Origin: a virus
Length of the DNA: 64,000 nt
IMG/VR virus record: IMGVR_UViG_3300021425_000031
Location: 2,584-66,583 of that record
Reading direction: 5' to 3' (one strand)
Shown one piece after another: positions 57,898 through 64,000 of this stretch; the stretch's first letter is position 1; each line of letters starts with the position of its first letter. The translations under genes were made by a program, and so were the position numbers. Below the pieces are notes generated by a model. The model did not search any database. It was not told where the DNA came from and worked only from the letters and a program-made list of their open reading frames with translations.

Positions 57898-58842
57898 ATG
57901 AACAGTGATTTTTTGTGGGTAGCAAAGTATGCCCCAAAGACAATTGAAGATTGTATTCTTCCTGAAAGCACAAAACAGACTTTCCAGGAGTTTCTAAATA
58001 GGGGTGAAATTCCCAATATGCTTCTTGCTGGTCCTCCTGGTATTGGAAAGACCACAGTTGCTAAGGCACTTTGTAACGAACTTGGAGTAGATGTATATGT
58101 CATCAATGGATCCGACGAGGGTAGATTCCTCGATACTGTCCGAAACAATGCGAAAAACTTCGCTTCGACCGTATCGCTTTCGTCAGATGCTAAACATAAA
58201 GTCATCATCATTGACGAAGCAGATAACACAGGAAACGACGTTCAACTCCTCCTACGGGCGTTTATTGAGGAATTTGCTGGAAATTGCCGATTCATCTTCA
58301 CCTGTAACTACAAAAACAAAATCATCGAACCTCTCCACTCCCGATGTGCCGTTGTCGAGTTTGGAATCAAAGGAAAAGACAAAACAAAACTGGCAGGAAA
58401 TTTCTTTCGACGACTTCAACAAATCCTTGTCAAGGAGAATGTGGAGTGCGATGAGAAAGTCCTTGCGGAATTGGTATCTAAGCATTTTCCCGATTTCAGG
58501 CGAGTTTTGAATGAATGCCAACGATATTCTGTTGGTGGGAGAATCGACTCTGGTATTCTTGCTGCTTTTTCTGATGTTGCTGTAAATGACCTTATCCAAA
58601 ACCTTAAGGAAAAGAACTTTTCCGAAGTCCGTAAGTGGGTGGTATCTAATCTTGATAATGATGTCACTGTACTTTTGCGTCGTATTTACGATGCTCTTTA
58701 TAATGCCCTTGAAAACAGTAGCATTCCTGCTGCTGTGCTTGTGCTTGCTAAGTATCAGTATCAATCAGCATTCGTAGCAGACCAAGAAATCAATATGCTT
58801 GCCTGCCTAACTGAAATTATGTGTGAGTGCGAATTTCAATGA
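57898..58842 (+). CDS. gp44: clamp loader large subunit gp44
   Basis: LWVAKYAP..IEDCILP, GPPGIGKTT, IIIDEAD, PLHSRC, PDFRR.LNE.Q. Confidence 0.96.
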   Translation: MNSDFLWVAKYAPKTIEDCILPESTKQTFQEFLNRGEIPNMLLAGPPGIGKTTVAKALCNELGVDVYVINGSDEGRFLDTVRNNAKNFASTVSLSSDAKHKVIIIDEADNTGNDVQLLLRAFIEEFAGNCRFIFTCNYKNKIIEPLHSRCAVVEFGIKGKDKTKLAGNFFRRLQQILVKENVECDEKVLAELVSKHFPDFRRVLNECQRYSVGGRIDSGILAAFSDVAVNDLIQNLKEKNFSEVRKWVVSNLDNDVTVLLRRIYDALYNALENSSIPAAVLVLAKYQYQSAFVADQEINMLACLTEIMCECEFQ

Positions 58843-59045
58843 ATCCATATAAAATAGATCATAAGTCTTTGAAGGAGACACCAGTAAAAACAACTCCCGA
58901 GAATGTGAAAGAGGCAAATGAAGGTCTCTTTCGTGCTAAAATGACTCTTCCTGCTGCTGCAAAGCATTGTGGTATGACGCAGAAAGAAATGAAACTCACA
59001 TTTTTTGAGTATTTGAAGTATCACAAACCTGATTATGAATTCTAA
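58839..59045 (+). CDS. small hypothetical protein, possible helix-turn-helix
   Basis: MNPYK...MTLPAAAKHCGMTQKEMK; ATG overlaps the gp44 stop. Confidence 0.7.
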   Translation: MNPYKIDHKSLKETPVKTTPENVKEANEGLFRAKMTLPAAAKHCGMTQKEMKLTFFEYLKYHKPDYEF

Positions 59046-59625
59046 TTTTTCCAAACTTCAAAAGAAACAAAAGTATCGTATTGAAACTTACTGTAAAATT
59101 GCTTTTAATGGTTTAAAGGCAAATGTTAACGAATGGTTTCAAAACAGAAATTGTAAGGATACTGTCCGTGCAATTACACATTCATTCTATAATACGGTGC
59201 ATTCACTTTCAGTTCCTTCTGGATTGATTAGTGTTGAAGCAGTAAATAAAAAAAGAAAAGAACCAGAATGGGCACTTTGTAAGGATCATTGCTATTCTCC
59301 TCAGTTTATTGGTAGAATGATAATGGATAATTCTGATAAGTACTTAAATGATTATGATCTTTATAGAAAATTGTTTATTACTGCATGTACTACAATAATT
59401 GTTACTCCTGAAGAAAATAGAAGTCTTTCTTTTTTAACTTCTAATAGGAATAATGATTTTAAAATTTATGCTCATACCGATAAAAAATATCAGCATTTAA
59501 ATATTGAGTTATTAGAAAAATCGGAAGGTTTAAGGTGGTATATGAAAGATATGAAACCTGCTAGTAACTATATTGAAACGCCAAAAGAACTTATTGAATA
59601 TGAAACTCAATTTTTACTAGTATGA
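59035..59625 (+). CDS. hypothetical protein, possible HNH/His-Me nuclease-like
   Basis: KDHCYSP...TTIIVTPEENRSL pattern; AT-rich. Confidence 0.6.
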   Translation: MNSNFSKLQKKQKYRIETYCKIAFNGLKANVNEWFQNRNCKDTVRAITHSFYNTVHSLSVPSGLISVEAVNKKRKEPEWALCKDHCYSPQFIGRMIMDNSDKYLNDYDLYRKLFITACTTIIVTPEENRSLSFLTSNRNNDFKIYAHTDKKYQHLNIELLEKSEGLRWYMKDMKPASNYIETPKELIEYETQFLLV

Positions 59626-60686
59626 ATTTATTATCAGAAAATGATGCGATTTGGGCGGCAGATCAATTTATCAAATACTATTCAAAATTTAATCGTATTG
59701 ACGATTATCTAAGGTATGTTAAGCAAAGTAGAATTTCTAATTCTTTGGGTAAGTTATTTGGACCGGAAGATGAAATATTCTCTGACTTTAGTATTAATCC
59801 AAATGATATGTCATTTACAATTCATGAGGTTGACACTAGATCTAAACCAAAATCAAAGTACAATCAAGACTTATATTCTGAGATTCTAAATATAACCGCT
59901 TCAAATCCAATTGAAGAGGCAATTCCTGGCAGAACAATTAAATGGATTGTTACGGAAGACACTACAAATAAAATTATTGGTGTAGTTAGATTTGGATCCC
60001 CAACTATTAATTCAAAACCTAGAAATGAGTATTTTGGTGAAGTTTTACCTTTATCAAAAATTAATCAAGAGTTTGTAATGGGATTTAACATTGTTCCAGT
60101 ACAACCATTCGGGTATAATTATCTTGGTGGAAAACTTCTTGCTCTTTTAGCATCTTCTAATGAACTTAAACGACAATTTGATTCAAAGTATGGAACTGAT
60201 TTACGATACTTTGAAACAACTTCATTATACGGTACAACAAAAGGAGTATCCATGTATGATGGTCTTAAACCTTATCTTCGACACATAGGAGACACTGAAA
60301 GTAATTTTTTACCTTTATTTCACGATGATTATTTTCGTGAAATGTTTTGGTGGTTTAACAATAATGCTAATGGTGGAGAAAGATTAATCTCTGCAGATAA
60401 ATCTTCTAAAAAATTAAAAATTCAAACTAAGATGATTTCGATCATTATAAAGTCACTCAAAAACTCTTCAAAACTGCACGAGTTCAAGCAGTGTATTGAA
60501 CACGCAAAATCTCTGACTGAAAAAAAGAGATATTATATCTCCAAGTTTGGTTATGAACCAGAAGAAATTATTGAATGGTGGAAGATCAAGGCAACACGTA
60601 GATACAATAAGTTACTTCAAGACAACAAACTTAGAAGTGAACTAGAGTTATGGAAACCGGGAATTGATTTGGAGATTATTAGATAG
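59622..60686 (+). CDS. DUF4338 / Druantia DruA-like protein
   Basis: PGR...WIV......IIGVVRFGSP.I....R, VPVQPFGYNYLGGKLLALL, ETTSLYG...SMYDGL. Confidence 0.7.
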   Translation: MNLLSENDAIWAADQFIKYYSKFNRIDDYLRYVKQSRISNSLGKLFGPEDEIFSDFSINPNDMSFTIHEVDTRSKPKSKYNQDLYSEILNITASNPIEEAIPGRTIKWIVTEDTTNKIIGVVRFGSPTINSKPRNEYFGEVLPLSKINQEFVMGFNIVPVQPFGYNYLGGKLLALLASSNELKRQFDSKYGTDLRYFETTSLYGTTKGVSMYDGLKPYLRHIGDTESNFLPLFHDDYFREMFWWFNNNANGGERLISADKSSKKLKIQTKMISIIIKSLKNSSKLHEFKQCIEHAKSLTEKKRYYISKFGYEPEEIIEWWKIKATRRYNKLLQDNKLRSELELWKPGIDLEIIR

Positions 60687-60687
60687 T

Positions 60688-61068
60688 ATGGAACTAAAAG
60701 ACTGGTTGAATAGTGTTAATCAGACAAAACAGAATTTAATTGATGAAGATCCCTCACTGGAAAAGGAATATCCTCCTTATATTATAAATCGATGTTTATC
60801 GGGACATATTGATTCGATTATGTATTCTAATGAAATGAATCGATATCATTTTCTTGCTAAAAAAATGCAATATGATTTTTTGCTAAATAGTCTGAGGAAA
60901 AAGAAGAGATTTTCTCCCTGGATCCGACAAGATAAAATCAAAGATCTTGATTATGTCAAACAATACTATGGTTATAGTAATGAAAAGGCAAAACAGGCTT
61001 TGAAGATTCTTACCAAAGAACAACTTACTTTTATTAAATCGAAATTTGAAACTGGAGGAACAAAATGA
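60688..61068 (+). CDS. gp62: clamp loader small subunit gp62
   Basis: LKDWLNS.N, YPPYIINRCLS, QYDFLLNS.RK.KRF.PW, YYGYSNEKA; start at the ATG at 60688. Confidence 0.92.
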   Translation: MELKDWLNSVNQTKQNLIDEDPSLEKEYPPYIINRCLSGHIDSIMYSNEMNRYHFLAKKMQYDFLLNSLRKKKRFSPWIRQDKIKDLDYVKQYYGYSNEKAKQALKILTKEQLTFIKSKFETGGTK

Positions 61069-61505
61069 GTGTCGTTCAAGAACCTGAAGTTAAATGGTCA
61101 ACAGATCAAATGGTTGAAGTAACCCTCAATCAACCAGATGATTTTTTGAAGGTGCGTGAAACTTTGACTCGTATCGGAGTTGCCTCAAGAAAGGAAAAGA
61201 AAATCTATCAATCGTGTCATATTCTTCACAAACAAGGTCGTTATTTTGTTGTGCATTTTAAGGAATTATTTGCACTCGACGGTAAGCACGCAAACCTGAC
61301 CGTGAATGATGTGCAGCGTCGCAATCGTATCGCCCAACTTCTTGCTGATTGGGGTCTGATTGAGATTGTTGATGTCACTAAGATTCAGGATATTGCTCCC
61401 CTGAATCAAATCAAGGTCCTTGCTTATAAGGATAAAGGAGATTGGATTCTAGAAACCAAGTACAATATTGGTTCTAAGAAGAAAAAGGTTGAGGAAACCG
61501 AGTAG
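61065..61505 (+). CDS. regA: translational repressor RegA
   Basis: DDFLKVRETLTRIGVAS, QSCHILHKQGRY..VHFKELFALDG. Confidence 0.96.
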   Translation: MSVVQEPEVKWSTDQMVEVTLNQPDDFLKVRETLTRIGVASRKEKKIYQSCHILHKQGRYFVVHFKELFALDGKHANLTVNDVQRRNRIAQLLADWGLIEIVDVTKIQDIAPLNQIKVLAYKDKGDWILETKYNIGSKKKKVEETE

Positions 61506-61542
61506 GAATAAATAAAGGAAGGCATACAACCTTCTTTTTTTA

Positions 61543-63150
61543 ATGACCTTATACAATCGGTTGATAAAAAAAACATTAAGAGAAAATGTAATTCCTTTCA
61601 ACGGTGATAGGAGTAAATTGTCTTGGAGAAAAAAAATATTAAGAGAGTTTGGTGAGTGGGCACCTATTGAAGGTTCTGGAACAACTAATAGTACCTCCCA
61701 GACTTTTGGTTACTATGTTGACGGAGATCTACAAACTAATTTTGAAACTGGAGAACCAATAACTTCTACAGTATCTGGTTTGGGCGGAATAGAATCTGTT
61801 CCAACCACTACTACAATTGATTATGGGTTTGGAGATGTATCTACGGTTGATGCTCCAACTTATAACCAGTTGGCTATGCAGGGATATGCAAAACCACTTG
61901 GATTTAATGTTAATAGAAGAACTGATTTCCAAGATGTAAATCCATATCTTGATGCATCACAGGAGTTTGCACAAAGAGTTGGTGCAGACTATATGATGAA
62001 CGCAAGAGTTCAACAGACTATAAGGCAGGAAGTAGAAACAGATCTTACAAAAATTGCAGCAAAGTTTGATTCTTCTCTCATAGAAAATATGGGACAGAAT
62101 ATTAAACTAGCAGTAGAAGCAATAATGAACGGTCAGCAACCTCCATTAGTTGTTCCGCCAGATCCACCGTTTACGGGGATGTCTTACGAACAGATGGTTG
62201 ATGAACAAAATAAAGTAAACGATAAGTATAATGATCTTTTAGCACCACTGTACAAGGAACTGAATAGTTATGCTGGACAACTAGCACCAGTAGGTTTAGT
62301 TGCTAAAATCAATGCTTTGGTGGAAAAGCAGGGTCAAGAAACAAATGCATTATATGAAAAGAATTTGAAAGATAATCAGGAGTATGGAGACCTTTTAGCA
62401 AAACGTGCTGATGAATGGGGTAAGTTTGTAAACGCAATAGAAGATTATAGGAAAGGATTTAATTTCAAATCTCCTTCACAAGAGGTTGCACAGGTTGCTG
62501 GTCCTGTTGATTCAATATTAGATAAAGTTGCTGATACGATGGATAGAAAGTCGGCTAAGAGAGTTTTTGATTATTATAATGATGTATTTTTAAAAAATCT
62601 ATCATCAAATCCACGTGGATCTAGTCCATCAAATCCACTTGATATAACAAAAATGATGGACAAGAGAGAGATGTCTGTTTTGCAGACTATGGTTGATGGA
62701 GCTATGTCTGATATTGATATGGTGGGAGATTTATCCAGAGAGACTGCAATGAATATGAACTATATGAATGTAAATGATGCTCTTGGTAATACTAGAAATA
62801 TTATTGGACAATTGGATAATTCTAAAGGGGATGGTTTTTATGTTCAACCAGATGGAAGTGTTATTTTGAAAAAATCTTATGATTTTGATATGGAAGCGGG
62901 TGATAATGACTTTGCATCTCCTGGTGTTGGTGGAATAGGTGCTGCAGTATATGCATCTTTTAAAGGAACTAGGGGACATCTTTCCAAAAAACCTGTAGGA
63001 GCGTCTTTATCAAGAAAAACTGCTATGGGAGGTGAAACTCCTACTATGCACTTGCATATAGTATTCAAACCGACTAAAAAGAGAAAGAAAAAGCAAAACG
63101 AATCAACTGTCTGGGACAGGACCAAAAAACGTCTTAATGAGTGTAAATAA
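61543..63150 (+). CDS. large hypothetical late protein (535 aa)
   Basis: Long ORF after ATAAATA (61508), with a coiled-coil middle and a basic C-terminus; no family recognised. Confidence 0.75.
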   Translation: MTLYNRLIKKTLRENVIPFNGDRSKLSWRKKILREFGEWAPIEGSGTTNSTSQTFGYYVDGDLQTNFETGEPITSTVSGLGGIESVPTTTTIDYGFGDVSTVDAPTYNQLAMQGYAKPLGFNVNRRTDFQDVNPYLDASQEFAQRVGADYMMNARVQQTIRQEVETDLTKIAAKFDSSLIENMGQNIKLAVEAIMNGQQPPLVVPPDPPFTGMSYEQMVDEQNKVNDKYNDLLAPLYKELNSYAGQLAPVGLVAKINALVEKQGQETNALYEKNLKDNQEYGDLLAKRADEWGKFVNAIEDYRKGFNFKSPSQEVAQVAGPVDSILDKVADTMDRKSAKRVFDYYNDVFLKNLSSNPRGSSPSNPLDITKMMDKREMSVLQTMVDGAMSDIDMVGDLSRETAMNMNYMNVNDALGNTRNIIGQLDNSKGDGFYVQPDGSVILKKSYDFDMEAGDNDFASPGVGGIGAAVYASFKGTRGHLSKKPVGASLSRKTAMGGETPTMHLHIVFKPTKKRKKKQNESTVWDRTKKRLNECK

Positions 63151-63156
63151 CCGAAT

Positions 63157-63188
63157 AAAAAAGAGCGGGTTATAACACCCGCTTTTTT
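63157..63188. terminator. intrinsic, probably bidirectional, terminator
   Basis: A run, AGCGGGT-tataac-ACCCGCT, T run. Confidence 0.8.
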
Positions 63189-63265
63189 ATGTCTTGTGAT
63201 AATATATACTATGGATGCCTTCGGGGTCCACACAACACAAACTCGCTTTTAAAGGAGCTACAATA

Positions 63266-63700
63266 ATGACTAACCTCACAAGGTATACTACTGCGGATCT
63301 TCCTGCCCTGCTAGACCGTATAAATAGAAACAGTATTGGTCTCGACGAATACTTCGATCGTGTGTTTAAACTCCACGAAACCACATCGAATTATCCACCA
63401 TACAATCTGGTTCAAGTCAGCAACGTAGAGTCAAGACTTGAAATCGCACTAGCAGGATTTAAAAAGGCAGAAGTCAATGTTTACACTCAAGACGGAAAAC
63501 TTTTTGTCGAAGGACAAAAAGAAGATAAAGAATCTGGAACAGAGTACCTCCACAGAGGAATGGCTCAGAGATCTTTCACCAGAGCTTGGACCCTATCAGA
63601 TGAAACGGAAGTTAGATCAGTTGTATTTGAGGATGGGCTTCTAGTTATTGAACTTGGTAAGATCGTTCCAGAGCATCATCAGCGCAAAGATTGGTTTTGA
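63266..63700 (+). CDS. hsp20: small heat-shock protein (Hsp20/IbpA-like)
   Basis: NYPPYNL, LEIALAGF, YLHRGMAQRSFTR.WTL, DGLL.IEL...VPE; AAGGAG RBS before the ATG at 63266. Confidence 0.95.
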   Translation: MTNLTRYTTADLPALLDRINRNSIGLDEYFDRVFKLHETTSNYPPYNLVQVSNVESRLEIALAGFKKAEVNVYTQDGKLFVEGQKEDKESGTEYLHRGMAQRSFTRAWTLSDETEVRSVVFEDGLLVIELGKIVPEHHQRKDWF

Positions 63701-63797
63701 TCCCATAACATTTTCTCTGTGATCAGTAGCGGTGGTTACAGACTTTTGTATTACTATGATACATAATGACTATATAATTTAGACCTATGGAGGGACG

Positions 63798-63881
63798 ATG
63801 AACTTTACAACCGCCGCCTTAACACTGGGAACAGCAATGACTCTTTTCTTTGGGGGAACGCTCGCCGCCGTTCTACCCTGA
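63798..63881 (+). CDS. 27-aa hydrophobic micropeptide (not in ORF track)
   Basis: MNFTTAALTLGTAMTLFFGGTLAAVLP; GGAGGG RBS at 63789 and TATAAT at 63773. Confidence 0.55.
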   Translation: MNFTTAALTLGTAMTLFFGGTLAAVLP

Positions 63882-63922
63882 TACATCCTGAATAAATAAA
63901 ACTGAATATCGTCGGCGCAGGC

Positions 63923-63975
63923 GGGGAGGTAACTGGCACAATCCAGTTGACACCTCCCCTTTTTTTGACTATAAT
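63923..63975 (+). promoter_or_regulatory. hairpin/terminator overlapping a consensus sigma70 promoter
   Basis: GGGGAGGT-AACTGG-cacaat-CCAGTT-gac-ACCTCCCC plus T run; TTGACA (63947), 17-nt spacer, TATAAT (63970). Confidence 0.75.
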
Positions 63976-64000
63976 GAGATGAGGTAGAAAATACAAATGT

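Noticed and set aside
63215-63265. 17-aa N-terminal extension of Hsp20 in the track
   Set aside because: The AAGGAG RBS lies before the ATG at 63266, and the upstream stretch is better explained as a structured leader.
63805-63996. 63-aa minus-strand ORF at the window end
   Set aside because: It crosses a promoter/terminator and the plus-strand micropeptide, has no RBS, and runs against the uniform gene orientation.
1-64000. Genome-wide TAG recoding
   Set aside because: Core genes are intact under the standard code, and gp17, uvsY and regA end at TAG at plausible C-termini. Only one internal TAG was found.
1-64000. tRNA genes, CRISPR arrays, integrase or transposase
   Set aside because: No cloverleaf with a T-loop consensus, regularly spaced repeats or recombinase motifs were seen by eye. 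A tRNAscan or CRISPR scan was not run.

Overview
This window is part of a T4-like myovirus genome. Gene content and order point to a cyanomyovirus, probably of a freshwater Synechococcus/Cyanobium-type host. Essentially all real genes are on the + strand. Layout: (1) the end of a GC-richer cluster of small hypothetical genes and a structured non-coding gap (1-959); (2) an AbrB-like gene, a glycosyltransferase and speD; (3) the structural module gp25-gp6-gp7-gp8-VrlC-like-gp13-14-15-16-[3 inserted genes]-17-18-19-20-21-22-23-gp3; (4) uvsY, uvsW, gp55, gp47 and gp46; (5) a CobT-like vWA / CobS-like MoxR AAA pair interleaved with two paralogous late genes; (6) gp45, a denV-like gene, gp44, [3 inserted genes], gp62, regA and hsp20. 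Several real small ORFs are below the 60-aa cut-off of the ORF track. Most interesting signals: (a) a dispersed set of late-promoter genes carrying a T4 capsid-targeting/prohead-protease-like motif (aromatic-K/R-Q-x-I-x-E) in front of variable peptide payloads, one interrupted by an in-frame TAG; (b) an HNH-like plus DUF4338/DruA-like gene pair inserted between gp44 and gp62; (c) a ROSE-like RNA thermometer candidate in front of hsp20; (d) an NtcA-box-like site before a 27-aa membrane micropeptide; (e) a pervasive G-I-G/S/T-T motif across unrelated virion proteins near a glycosyltransferase. All family assignments come from motif recognition and synteny by eye. No database search was run.
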